A DNA stretch of 63,674 bases, counting the filler, from Sphacelaria rigidula (lineage: Eukaryota), in assembly GCA_964200075.2 (NCBI GenBank). It is 8 parts of 8 records of this genome, joined end to end, with 100 filler letters (N's around TTAATTAATTAA, not from the genome) between each part and the next. Parts side by side here need not be neighbours in the genome. Positions count along the whole stretch, not along the records: positions 23,920 to 31,792 come from CAXNAA020013154.1; positions 31,893 to 39,763 come from CAXNAA020013155.1; 6 more parts are not named here. One strand, 5' to 3'. Position 1 is the stretch's first letter, and each line of letters starts with the position of its first letter. A program made the translations under genes and the position numbers. The notes beneath the pieces were generated by a model. That model saw only the letters and a list, made by a program, of their open reading frames with translations. It made no database searches and had not been told where the DNA came from. Below, piece after piece: positions 23,920-37,202 of this stretch.

Positions 23920-26900
23920 GTTTGTATACATGTGTGACATCAGTCTCTGATATGTCACTGCAAAGATATATCTCCCACATATCCCCCCCCTTCATGCGCC
24001 TCTAGCCCATCAAGGCTATGGCTGGTGGGACGAGGCGATCATCAGCTTCGCTGATGATATAATCATGGAGGTTTTCTTTGAGTGACAATAATCGATTGAG
24101 TCACGCCACCACTAATCGCAAAGGTAGCCCTTCTCCATACTGTGGTATTGAGCAAACCCCCCCAGTAAATTTTGGCTACATTTGGTCAGTAAGAGTGCAT
24201 GTATTCCAAACCCTATATTTTTTTTCTGTCATGTAGCTGTCATTTGTGACATGTTTCCATCATATATATTTGCACTTGGGTGCAAGTTGCATCTGCTGGT
24301 ATGCATGACTGGGCACTGGGACACTGATCGGTCCACGGGCGCCTGGGTTATTCCTGCCCGGGTTCTGGGATGCCTTCGGTTCCGCGGACACCTGAGTAGG
24401 GTTAAGCCTCGGGTTAGTAACAAGGCGGTGTTGAACATACATACATATATATATTTTTTCTGGGAGCATTGTGCTCGTTTCGCTAAACCCGGTCAAAATG
24501 ACTTTTGCTTCTTGGATTGTGTCAAATAGATGCAGCATGAGTTACGCATTTTGTATGGGATGCTTTTTGCACTTTGGTACCGGCTGCATCAGTTAGGTAT
24601 TCCTGACTAGGCACTGGGACACGGACCGGTCCACGGGCGCTTGAGGTATTTCTGCCCGGGTTCTGGGATATCTCTGGTTCCACTGACACCGGAGTATAGG
24701 ACCAAGTCTTCGCGTTAGTACGAAAGCGGAGGGTCTGATGTTTGTCTTGCGAGCATTGTGCTCTTCGGTGAAACACCGACATGTTATTTGCTTCGTATTA
24801 TTTTGTAGCATATACGTGCGTCCCACGTGATAATCCACTAGATGCGTTGCACTTTGGTGCTGGATGCATCTGCTGTTTCTACATGCCTGGGCACTGGGAC
24901 ACTGATCGGTTCACGGGCGCCTGGGTTTTTCTTGTCCGGGTTCTGGGATACCTTCGGTTCCACTGACACCTGAATAGTACAACGTCCTCGTGTTGGTAAC
25001 AAAGCGGTGCATACGATGTGTTCGGCGTGTGAGCATTGTGCTTTCTTGTCTACCTATCGTCAAAATGATCAGCACTGCTCCGATTGCGGAGAGGTTATCT
25101 TCCTTGGGAAGTTGCACTCCAGTCACCGTTGACATGTCGAATATTTTTCCGTTCATGTCTGCATTGTTCCAATGTCGTTTTTGTTTTCTTCTCTTGTGAC
25201 TCTCCTTGATCTCCGAATTATGATCCCGGGCTACTGCTCAACGGTTGAACGTTTTGCTAGGACGCTGGAACAGTCTGTTGAACAATCGTATCCGTTTCCG
25301 TTACCCGGTATTTTTGGATTTCGACTCCGGATATGAGCGCTTTGCTAACCCGATGTCATGCCGGTATATATCGAGGACGTGTCTACTTTGTGATGTTTCG
25401 TCAGCTCGAAAGGTTAGGTCAGCTGCTGGGCTGTATCTTTTGAGTCTCATTAATCTCCGAATTTTGACCTCAGGTTACTGCTCAACCCTCAGTGTGTTTT
25501 GCTAGGACGCTCAAACAGTCTGTTAAACAGTCACATCCGTTTCCGTTTCCCTGTAGCTTTGTATTTTTTTGAGTCCGGATGTGAGCATTTAGCTAACCCT
25601 TTGTCAAAGTCCGGTGCTGAGCAACTTTACGGTAGGTCAGGTCAGCCGCTGGGCTGTAGCCCTGGAGTCTCAACAGATATTGATCGTTGTAACGACTTCT
25701 CCGACCTGGGCCTGGCGCGTGACCTACCACTTTTTATTTTTTTGCAGCGTAACGTTCTATTGTAGGCCACGTTTCGTGTGGTTGGTCTCTCTGGTAGAGG
25801 TATCTGTTTGTCTAGGAACAGCTCGCTCGATTTATCCACCTCTCATGCGGGATGTACTGACATTTCTTCAAGTGAGCGGGATGTACTGACATTTCTTCAG
25901 AGTCGTCGCCTATTTTGATTATGTACATAACCGGCGATCGTCTCTCGGTTACCATGAAAGGTCCTCTCCATGTAAATTGGAGTTTCGGTTTTGGCCTTCC
26001 CGAGTCTTGGTATGGTGGGTACAAGAGTACCTTTTGACTGTGTTTGAACACCATGAAAGATTTGAAATTGTTCTTGTTTTGCTTGCTCGTTCTTCTCATA
26101 GGGCTTGTCTCGCAACTTCAAATCCAAACCGTCGGGTTTCCCGTGTTTCCTCGGAAATTTCTTCGGGTGTTGCTGCTTTGCTCATCAGGTATGCTGACTA
26201 TAATATTAATTGGTGATCTGGGCTACCTTCCGAACAATAAAATTTATGGTATCTCCTGTACTGTATTGTGATTGGATGTGTTGTACACCATTTGGATAAA
26301 CGGAAGTATGGGTGCCCAATTTTGTCTCCAAATTGACCTAAGCCTAGCTAACATCTCGTGCATAGTGGAGTGGATCCGTTCCGACACTAAGTTACTTTGC
26401 TGATGTACAAGTGCCGTGCGAGGTTTATTTAAACCCAGCTCCCGTTGCCATGCGTATGTCAGCTTGTTCCCGATTTCGCTTCTTTAATTCGAACGCAGCT
26501 TTCCCGGAATGCCAAATGCAGTAAAGATTTTGTCAATTATTGCTTTGGCTATATGGACGTGATGTGTTTTTTCGGCGCCGGAATGAGCAAAGCCTACCTT
26601 GTGAGGTGGTCCCCTACGGAGAGCACCTATTTAGTATTCCAGCTTTTGACATCGAAGTTGTTTTTCATTCGACTGGGTTTGCCGGCACTCTTTCGTATAG
26701 CCGCCCTACCGGGACGTGTCTCATCGGCACATTCTGGCCGGTTGACTGACAGCTCTCGGTCGCTTTGAACTGGCTTCAAACAGTCTATTTTCTTAGTTGA
26801 TATTTGACAGTGATCTGCGGCTCAGCTATTTGCAGCACATGGTCTTTTGGCACGTTACCACATAGTTGTAGTAGCGTAAACAGTCGTGCGGGTGTCCGGA

Positions 26901-28510
26901 ATAACATGAAGTTCCTCCCGCTTTGTCTCTCATCATTATCATGAAGTTTCCCGGGGTTTACCTGTCGGCCCAACGGGTTGGCGGTTTGTACCATTTCCGT
27001 GTTTTTCGTCGACTACATGCATGCTGTTCAATGATGCGCGTGAATGCTCGAGATACATAAGGCAATCAAGTGTCTTCATCGGTTATTATGTGCGGCTCCA
27101 CGACATCTGTTGTGAGGTGACTTTTACCACTCGGTAGTTGACCGATATTTTTTTTCTTTCCAACTAGTACTGTCACTTTATGCCGGAACCCTCGGATTTT
27201 TTTTATGAGGGAATCATCCGCGCTTCTGAAATCGATCAGACCTGGCGTTACTGGTTTTGTATCATCGGCAGCCATGGTGGCCTGTTATTCATCTATGAAC
27301 GTTTGCTGATATACGGTACATCTGCTGCGGAATTGATTGTGTTTATTTCCAGCGAGGGTACCGTTTACTCTGGCTGCGACTCTAACGCGGGCTGGTGCAC
27401 AGGATAGCCCTATGGGCACATCTGTCTACCTGGCGGGTGATGATGCGTTGTTACGAGTCATAACAGTGATCGTCTAAGAGTGGGTTGCAAAGAGGAGACT
27501 GGTGTTTTGATTTGGAATCAACAGCCCCTGCTTACAACGGGATGTAGCGTTACCGATCCCTTGGAGTACGGCGCAGAATGTAACATACTTGAGAGCTTCA
27601 ACAAGTTGAGCTACATTGTTTTATGATGGTCCTTCGTGTGGTGTATTGTTTTTCCCACAGCTGCTCTGAAGGTTGCTTAGGGACCAACTCTTTCCAGCTT
27701 CTGCTCTTCGTATGCAATATTCACACCACCACTGATGGCTGTTTTGGTGCCCTTCTGGAGGAGTGAGTTATTGTACTGACTAGGAAACCCGTTTCTCTCC
27801 GATTTGTTTTTCACCTGACGGCTGACACTTTTCTCCATTTCATGCGTGTGGAATATTGAACTGCCTGTAGTTTACAACTCCTCTCAGCTTGCGAGCTGGG
27901 TTGTTGTAAGACCATCCAGTACACCTCCCTCTCTTTTGTTTGCTACATGGTAGGGAATGACAAGGTTGTGCATTCGCAGGTTGGGTAAAGCTTGTGTTAG
28001 TGCTATTTCGAGTCTCCGCGTTTTCAGAGGTCGGCCTGCTTGATTAATTGCCGTGTCTAGACCTCTAATAGCGCTAGAGACTATTCCTCAACCCAAAAGT
28101 GCCGATCGCGCAACGCGTAGAACTCGGCGACGAAGCAGAGGAGTGGACTGCAGTTTCTTGCGTGCGCTTCCCACACACCCAAGCTGGATCAACCCATTTC
28201 ACTTTTTCGTTTGAGCGTGATACTGAGCCGCAACAAACCCAAACGTACAAAAATGAGGTGTTTTGCGCCCTGGAAGGGGGGTTTCGCGCTGCTGGCGCGA
28301 CGCCAGGGAAATGTGTAATAGAATCCCCTAGATCTTGTGTGTATGCGAGAGTGTGTGTGAGTGCCGTGGGCTGGCTTACTTCCTGTGTCGAGAACCGCGC
28401 GATCTCCCGTGCTAGAGCTGTCCCATACTCAACCAAGTTTATAAGTGATGAAGCGTGCGTTCTGCTCGAGAGGACCTCGGCACAGGTGCGATCATATACT
28501 GACGTGATCA
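23920..28510 (-). mobile_element. Ty3/Gypsy LTR retrotransposon, degenerate: integrase with GPY/F and chromodomain-like tail, 3' tandem repeats, PPT (23981-23993) and start of 3' LTR (23979 to contig end)
   Basis: Minus-strand integrase core LGLNKPRTALVHQQSNLVSERIHSTMHEML..NWAPILPFIQMVYNT..LLFGR (~26225-26480) and KPKLQFTWRGPF..VHPAHLKK (25812-26099). GAAGGGGGGGGATA|TGTGGG at the 3' end. Possible 5' LTR end ..TTACACA at 28312 followed by TGGCGTCGCG. RT not recognisable. Confidence 0.85.
24268..25050. repeat. Three tandem ~290-bp units in the Gypsy 3' UTR
   Basis: GGCACTGGGACAC.GA.CGGT.CACGGGCGC.TG.G...TT.CT.G.CCGGGTTCTGGGAT at ~24312, ~24610 and ~24890. Confidence 0.92.
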
Positions 28511-31500
28511 TTATTCCTCTGCACTTCTGTCTTTTTTTTAGTTCGCCGCTGAGTCTTGGTCGTTAGGCCCTCCATTCCCACCCATAACTGTACACAACAG
28601 CGGTTAGCACGAACAACGTAAAACCGCAGTGTGTCAACACAGCGGCGATTGACTGGTTTTGTACCCCCAAAGCGCATACAGAGACATGCGACTGCATATC
28701 GAGTTTGCTGACTACTTCTGAGACTTGAGCAACTCCCGAGGTCACGGCCTTGAAAAACGAGACACCCTGGTTAACAGCCTACATCGGGAAAACAAACTGT
28801 ACCGCGTACCTGAAAAACAGTCTTTCCGCTCCTGCACTGTACGCAGTACACTTCTATTGATGTAGTCTACTGCCGAGGGTGCGCCATGGCCTTGTGACAT
28901 GCTTTCCTTCGCCGGCTATTGGGGGTGATCACAGCAGATCCGCGCCGCTTTCTGCTCTCGGCATAGCTTCAAGCGTCACTCGCTGTGCACCTACCAACTC
29001 TCCAACACTATCCAGCACAACGGGGCACGCACTGCTCGGGAGGCCGACCTTGGGTAACACTGTCCAACGTTTTCAGAAAGTAGTGATGAACCCCTGTACG
29101 ACTGTCTGAAAATCTGACTCACCCTGCACCTCCCACGGATAGGGGTGACTCGAGGTGAATTACAAGATTCTTGCGCGAAGCGCGATCATCGCCAAGCGTT
29201 TAAAAATCGGCACCCGTCAAAAAAGGAGAAGCCGTCTGAAATAAGGAAAAGAACTGCCACATGAGACATGAAGGCAGACAGCTGCTACCATCAACCGCTT
29301 GGGATACAGCAGCTCCGTGCTGGTTCAGTTTGATTGCCCCAACCTGCACGCGTCCGCCTTGCGTGTCTTTTCTGATCACAGCACCCGACTACAACTGAAC
29401 TACGAAAGACCAGCTGCATAGTCGTCACCTGTTCGTTTCAACTTTGTCTACAGCACCTTGATCGCACCCCAATTCTGTGAGACGGAAACACGGCATGCAG
29501 CAGTACAACTGTTCAGGCTTGGATGCACCAACTGTTCAGCGACGACTAAATACAACATAAAAATGATGGGTGTGGGAAGCGCCTTGTTCGTTTGACGTGA
29601 GACGGAACAGCCAACACCAACAGCACTATTAGTCTGTGTACAGCACTGCGTGTCGAAAAACATATTTTCGCTCATTTTCTGAAAAGACCAAGGCAGTGAC
29701 AGTAAGGTAACTTAAGCAGTCCCAGCGGAGATCAAACCGTCTTCGCAAAGGTCTGGACACACCACAGCACAGTGATAGCTACAACGCATGAGAGAGAGCG
29801 TGAGTATGGTTGTGTTGCAGCACGGTGAAACAGCACATGTCCAATGTGATCGGTTTTCCCCTCATTTCAGATGGGTCCTCAATTTTTGCCGAGGGCCGAT
29901 TTTTAAACGCCCGGCCATGATCGCGGTTTGCGCGAAATTTTTTCAATCCACCTCGACTTAGCCTTATCTGTGGGAGGTGAGCCGAAAAACGTGTCCTGCT
30001 GTATCGCATGCTTGCTCCCTTCTTCTCTGAACTTCCATGCAAGCCGGATACGCGCCACATTCGTCTCATGTTGTTCGTGTTACTCGCTGTCTGTGTCAAG
30101 TTGTGCTCAACACTCTTTCTTTTTGCATATGCTGCTGTGCTGACTTTATGAGAACACCAATGTCACACCAACCGTCTTCGGCGTATGGCCTAGTGTACGC
30201 CCTACGCACGATGATAGAGCTGGTGTGGTATGTCCCGGGAGGACGGAAAAGCCTTCGGGTCTGTTGACCAATAGCATGAATATCTAGAAGACCAGACCGA
30301 GGGAAGATCGGAAATGTCTTTTTGCTGCGGGCTTTGGGGGCAAATTTGCTTCCCAAAACACCGTACCGGTAAAGATCGAGCGGACTTGAGATTGTTGGCC
30401 AATAGGAAAGACCGAGCCCAACACCCAAATTTGGTCTTCACATCACCATAGTGGGTGGGGTCTTTAAAAGCTAGTTGTTTAACCCTTAGACCGCGACCCC
30501 CCCGCTGGAAGACTGAGTAAGACCATCCACTTTTTGGATTCAGAATCATTCCTTTGACACAAACCAAAACGCCTACTCTACGGCAGAAGGGCCCGGGGGT
30601 GCATACGAGGCCACGTAGTTATGAGAGTCATAACACAGGCGCCTGCAGACAGTGCAGTAGTGGTGTGGAATCTGAAGTACTGATATTATTAGTAGATTAC
30701 GCTGCATAATTGTGCACAGCAGCAGCAGTCTCAAGTGTTTTGTGCCGCAGCTCCACGTACCTTCTACAGCATACTAGACCTTACAGTTTTGCACGTGTTG
30801 AGGGTACGCAGCGTGCGTGTGTAGTTTTGCACCATGACTACCGCTGCAAACACGCTTACAGCACGTGCCGCGCTCATCGGCGCAGCTTCACTTGGGCTAT
30901 TCTTACAGAGAATTCTCACTAGGCAACACGATCCGCCGCCTTTGAATCCGGGTAGTGCATTGTTCTACCCTCCCCCGCAGGCGCCGAGATTTTCAGGACA
31001 AATTTTAAAACTCGTTCGCCCACCGTCGTGCGTGGCGTCAACTATTTGAAGAGAGCAACCAGGAATGTGTAAACCCACGTTACAGAGGTCCAGTATCTCA
31101 AACTCGAGGTTCCCGGTATATATGACTGTAAAGTACTGTGAAATATAGCAGGAACCTCGAGTTTGAGATACCTCTTCTAATTCCGAATCATTTCGACATC
31201 CGTTCATTTCCCGAAAGGAATTCTCCGCCCCGACGTTCATAACCTCCGAGTAGAGGGGGGATTTAGAAATGGCGAATGGTGCTTTCACTTTCAAGATCAA
31301 AATATCGCCATATCGCGACCGGAGCGTGCATTAGCACCTAGTTTGTAATTACTGCGATTGTTATACACCCTGGACAATATATGGTCAGTAGATGCAATAG
31401 ACAAGAAGTGTACTGCATAAAGTATAGGCCTATTGCGACTATTGCCGGCCGACAATAGTCGCAATAAAGTGGAAATCTTCAAGGACCGGAATTCGGTTGT

Positions 31501-31792
31501 CCCTCCATAATTTTGATCCGAGGTGGCGAAAAAAACAAAACGCATGTAGGGAACGCCCGCAGCCACGCGCAAAAGGGTAGCTGGGGCAGGGAAAAAAAAG
31601 AAAAGAGAAATTGTTGCACCAAGCCGGGGTTCGAACCCGCGTCCTGGGTCTTTCCCCCCGTTTGTTTCTGGCGGTGGATTTTTTTTATTCGCTACTATTT
31701 GCTCACAAATTTGTTTCCAGACCCCGCAGCACCCGGCAAACACTTCTAACCTTCACCTACCAGCCCACAGCTACTTCCAGAGACAGACATCA

Positions 31793-31892
31793 NNNNNNNN
31801 NNNNNNNNNNNNNNNNNNNNNNNNNNNNNNNNNNNNTTAATTAATTAANNNNNNNNNNNNNNNNNNNNNNNNNNNNNNNNNNNNNNNNNNNN
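31793..31892. other. Artificial contig spacer
   Basis: N44-TTAATTAATTAA-N44. Confidence 0.99.
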
Positions 31893-33081
31893 GTGTCGAG
31901 GGGGGGGGTGGGGGGAACAGGGGGGGAGGGGGAAGGGGGTTGGGCGTGGGGCGGGGGGCGGGGTCGGTACTCATTTGTTGCTTGCCTAGTTGTTTGACTA
32001 TTGACCACGCATCTCTTTCGAGACGGAGCACCGTTCCTACCGCTAATAGAGACACCTCCAACATTCCGGCGCTCATTACGTTTCTTGCATAGCTCATCAC
32101 GTTTCTTCTACACATTACACAAAATTCAGGGGCCGCCCTAACACGGGTCCAGCGCTGCAGTCAACTCGACAAACTGAAAAAAGGCAAGAATTGTAGACCC
32201 ATCAATGAATATAGTGTCTATCCGGTTTCACAGACTGTCTGGTTCAATGTCGAACAATCACAAGAGCAATGGTCGTGGCTTACCCAAGGACGCTTTTCGC
32301 CGCTGCGTTTATACTCCGTTGTATGTCGTCCAACCCGGGGCTTAGACGAACGCTAGGAACACTGAGCTGCACATCCAGCTCAAAAAACGCGTTGCTTTTG
32401 CGCATCCGGTTCCCCTTAGCCAATGGGGAGAGTGAGGACAGAAGGGAAAGTAGGCATCACTGATAAACACATCAGCCATGCGGTGGACGTAGAGAAGAGG
32501 TAGGCGGCAATCTTGTTTTCGTCGTATGCACTCCCCGAACGTGGGGTTTAGGGAGCAGTCTACAGATGACGCCGCAGCCAACGGAATTCACTGCTTCGCT
32601 AGCATGGGTCGATTGGTATGTACTTTCGTGGTAGCCTCGTGCTTCGGGTGTTGTGGTTTAGGGGAGGGTAACGACACCGGCTGCGACCAGCTTCTGCCCG
32701 CAGATTGATTGTTGTGCAAACAGCACCGTCCTGGTCGGGTATCAGGAGATTGCACTGTGTTCTATGGAGCGTTGATGTATCTAAATCGCACTCTCAGAAG
32801 ATCCGTGGAGCATGATGTTATATCGGGACTACAGCTCCTCGGGAAGATGTGAAAAATACCAAATCACAACAAGTGTCAAAAGTGAAGCGTGATTTCACCA
32901 TGCGGAATAAGTACGCTGTCTGCAGAGGGCTTTGGTCATATATACCTTTTGTATGCCGTTAGCGCTATTTTCAGCGACCTACTCCTCAAGCGCTTCGGGA
33001 AAGATATACCTTCGAGCACGGGTGTTGCTTGAGCACGTGTAAAACTGATTGATGTACGTCAAAATCACCGACAGTGCGCAC

Positions 33082-33264
33082 CTTCGAGCATACCCGTTGC
33101 TTGATAACGTTCAGGCTGGTCTTGGTGCATGACAAAATAGCCCTGTACATGAGCCCGTTGTAGTGCCTTCTCAGCTCATCGATCGCCGGAGTCATCGTCT
33201 CCGGAGTCGCACCTGCTTGCCTATCCACGGTTACCGAAATGAGGTCCTCCACTGCCATTTCGAC
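33082..33264 (-). CDS. DNAH5: Dynein HC exon (183 nt)
   Basis: gctag|GTCGAA ... TCGAAG|gtgcgc. Confidence 0.9.
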
Positions 33265-36200
33265 CTAGCGGTTGGGTACGAATGTGGCGCATCGTGCGAC
33301 GAAACATATCCGTTACACTTGTTGAGACCCGATTTGTCAGGTTGTTGCTGAGGACCTCGGGGTGACCACAAAAAACGATGTTTTCGTGAGATTGAAAGTA
33401 GAGCGTTGAGTGAGAGTGGGTATTGTCATTAATTATAACCCAACCGACTTTTGCATGTGTGCGTGCTTCTCTTTGCCGGTAACACTGGCGTGTGCTTACA
33501 GCTACACGTCGATATCCTACTCAGGGATATCAAGGGCTTCAGTGGCAAAAGTTACTACAGAACGCGTATCGGGCCTCGCGGAGGGGCATTTTGAAACTGA
33601 AACGATTCATTACTTAATTGATCGCTTTTCACACTCAATCGTATCCTCTGCTCTCAATCTCACGAAAACGTTGTCAAAACCAAAGAAATGTGACAGTGGT
33701 TGTTTCTTCGCTGAACTGGTATGCCTTTGCTCGGGCGCGTGGGGTGGGGTTGGGGGGTGGGGGGTCTACTCATGATCATGCATGCCGTAGTCATAAGACC
33801 ATTGACCTCGCATCAACTTTTTTATCGGCATTGCATTTCTCTCACACGTAGTGTGAGAGAGTAACATCTGCAGTTCGCCACTGCAGTCACGTATTATCTA
33901 TCACCAGCGGAGTGGAGTTTGTACGCGCGGTTAGCCAGGAACCGCCCACCCCTGTTGACCGCAGGTCTGACGAAGGAGCTGATACGATTGTCTCAAAACA
34001 CAAGTGACGTGGAAGCAATATATCTTCCACGTATGTTTTTTCGAGCATTCGAGTGGTGTCAACACTCACCTGCGCTCCTATGACGCGAAATATAGTGTTC
34101 GGCAGACTCATTGTTTCTGTCTAACGGTGGCAGAAAGGAGGCCCTCTACTGACATCGACTTTTTTTTCCATACGTAGCAGGTTGGCCACGAAGAGGCCTG
34201 TTTGCGCGACTAACGAGAGCGATATACATGCTACGACAATCGCTTCCTCGTGCAATATATCGATCAGCATGTGCCTGCAATGCTCTCTCAACGAGTTACC
34301 ATGTATGGCATAGACTGCTTTGGTCTGAAGAATGTCATTGTCTATAAAAGAGAGTGTGAATAACGTTGGTTGGAACCCTAAGAGGTTCGCTGGCACTGCT
34401 ACAGGAATCAGACGGTAAGTTGTGGTGAAAATTGTACCTGTGTTCGGCGCATTTCATCGGGTCGTTCTCACCCTAGTCACATGCCGGGGTTGAACCTGAG
34501 TTGTTCAAACCCGCGAAACCTCAGGATTTTGATGCGTTCTTTCGCTGAGCGTGCGCCGCTGCTCGAACATCCTGCATATAGTAACTAGACAGTGCTTGAC
34601 TTGTTTTTTTCACATCTATTCAGTATTCTTGACAAAGCAATCCTGCCGTACTAACCTCTTTGTTCTTTTCCACGAGTTGATCGGTGACTGTGCGCACGTT
34701 GAACTCCTGCATCGTAACAAAGTCGTCCAGGGTCACCGTCCGATCCTGTGAGGGGACGCAATTTCACCGGTTGGGCAACCGAATGTCCAAGCACGTCGGT
34801 TCAAAATATCTCCAACTTCCTCTTAATACGTTCACCGGTGGCATCAATGATTCTCCTGGCCAACATGCGCCATCCTGCGCGGAACATGCACCCCGCGCCA
34901 GCCCAGGTGCTTCGTGATTGATTGCAAGCCTTGTCCGATGAAAACCCGGCTTGCTCCGTCCCGGCAATGTAGGGATGCGAGGTGAATGGTCGTATGAGTA
35001 TGGCATGCAATATCATGAGTACACCCCCCAGCTGTTTGTGTGGCACAAAGCGTCGCACGGACGTCGGCGACTAGTCTCCATAACACACGTTCGAGCATAC
35101 CACCGCCACGAGCTCGGATTTTTTTTCCTTTTTCTGTGGGCATCAACTAATCGCAAAAAGGTGAACGCATGTGCACTGATGGGGGTCCACACCCCTGTCC
35201 AATCCTTCCACATGTCCGACAGAACATGAGAAGTCTCCGTGTTTCGGAGATTTGTTCTAGAAGACACCTTGTTCTACACGATTAGATTATCTGACAGCGT
35301 CTGGGAAACCATTCTAAAATGAATGCAATAAATCTGACAACGTTTTGCCAATCGCTCTAAACCGAACGCAGTATCTGACAACAAATCAAGAATTTGTTGT
35401 AGAGAGACAGATGCTTGACAACGTTTTGGCAAGCTATTCCGAATTCATAGGTAGCACACAACATTTTCGGAGGTCGCTCCAAAAGATAACCTTAAGTACA
35501 ATATTTAACAGCGACTGGGTAATTTTTATAAACTAGATGCAATCAGATTTCTATGTTCTGCTCCATCGGACTTGTGAACTCTTCGGCCACAGAAAAAAAT
35601 GTGGATCTACACTTCGGAAAGGTTTCCTCGTCCACAGTGTAGAAGTGAGGTTACATGGGGGCATACTCATTTGTCGCTTGCCTTAGTTGTTCGTCCATTG
35701 ACCACGCATCCCTTTCGAGACGGAGCACCGTTCCTACTCCTAATACCGGCGTAAATGACGGGGGGGGGAAGATACTACATATATTTCGCGACCAAGCGTT
35801 GACGGTGAAAATTGCATTTTCCCCCCATGAATCCCTTTGCCCGTAGAAACGCCAACGAGAACTCCTGCATGCCTTGATATGAAGTACATAGCCTTGTACA
35901 CAGACCTAATGGAGTCAAAAATTTCCCTCTGTAAGCTATACAAGCGCTAGCCCCAGTAATATCTTGCTGGATTTCGATAGCAGTAGATGTTTGGTGCACG
36001 TGAACACACAGAGCAGCACCGAGGCACTACGCGTCCCCCGTTCGAGCCTCGAGTCCTCTAAAACAATGATGACCGAAGCATCTCTGCAACAATCGAGCTC
36101 ATAGGGAAAGACAAGTACTTTGAAGAAAATACTCTTCATGTCGATGTTGTTGTCGTAATTTTTTACTACTTTTCATCGGGGTAGACTAGTCGGATTCCCC

Positions 36201-37164
36201 CCCTCTTTTTATTTCCTTCTTTATTTTTTCTTTTCGTCGTTTTTGTTTTTTTTGTTTTTACCTTCTGTATCCTTACGTTACATTCGTGCGTCGTATTGCT
36301 TAGTTGAAGCCGCTTGTTCTATTCCCCCTCTTGGTTTACTTACATTCTCCCTTTGTCGAATTTCCTTCAGCGAATATTTCCGTTTTGTATAATCTCGGGT
36401 ACGTCTATCTTGTGGATGAAGACCGCAGCTAACTACCTCGGGAATCAGTTAATGTGCGACAATCTATCAACCAATCAATCAATTCGGCTTCAAACCCTGC
36501 ACCGTACAAGAACTTCTTGAGAAAACGACTCACCTTGGGCATATCCACCAGTACTGCCCTAGTGATATCTTTGAGATTTTTCACGATCCTATTGTCCACG
36601 ATATCGTTCGCCTTCGCAATCACTTGTTGCAGCCTGTGCAAGCCTTCTTGCACCGACTTGCGATAACCGTCGATATTCATGGAAGTCCACGTCAGCACCG
36701 TCCACCCGGGACGTAGTCGTTGCTCGACAGCCTGAACAATGCCCGAGGACAGTATTAGGAACAATTATGAAGTGGAAATCGTAGGCATAACACAACCCTC
36801 TTTTTTGTCCTTTGGATATCAGCACTATCGACCGCCCCGGTGGCCTGAATAGAAATAGCAGTGCGGACGATTGCCGGCTCGAACACAGGTAAACGTCTTA
36901 TTTTTGTTGAAGAAAATATATAATTTCTTTCGTTGGAAACGTGAAGACTTGAGCGACAACAGCAGTGTGTTTGACGAGAGCCGAACGTAGTGCGGGAGCG
37001 TTGGTCATGATCCAATTCGCGATGAACCAGAATGTATGGCGTGCGCCGGTGGAGAGATGGCTTGATCTCTTGACACCACGGACTCGGGACGAGGGAGGGG
37101 TAAGGGTCGGGATGAAGAACATGACACCACCACCAACAACAACAACAACAGCTGCAGCAGCAGC

Positions 37165-37202
<38 letters not shown>

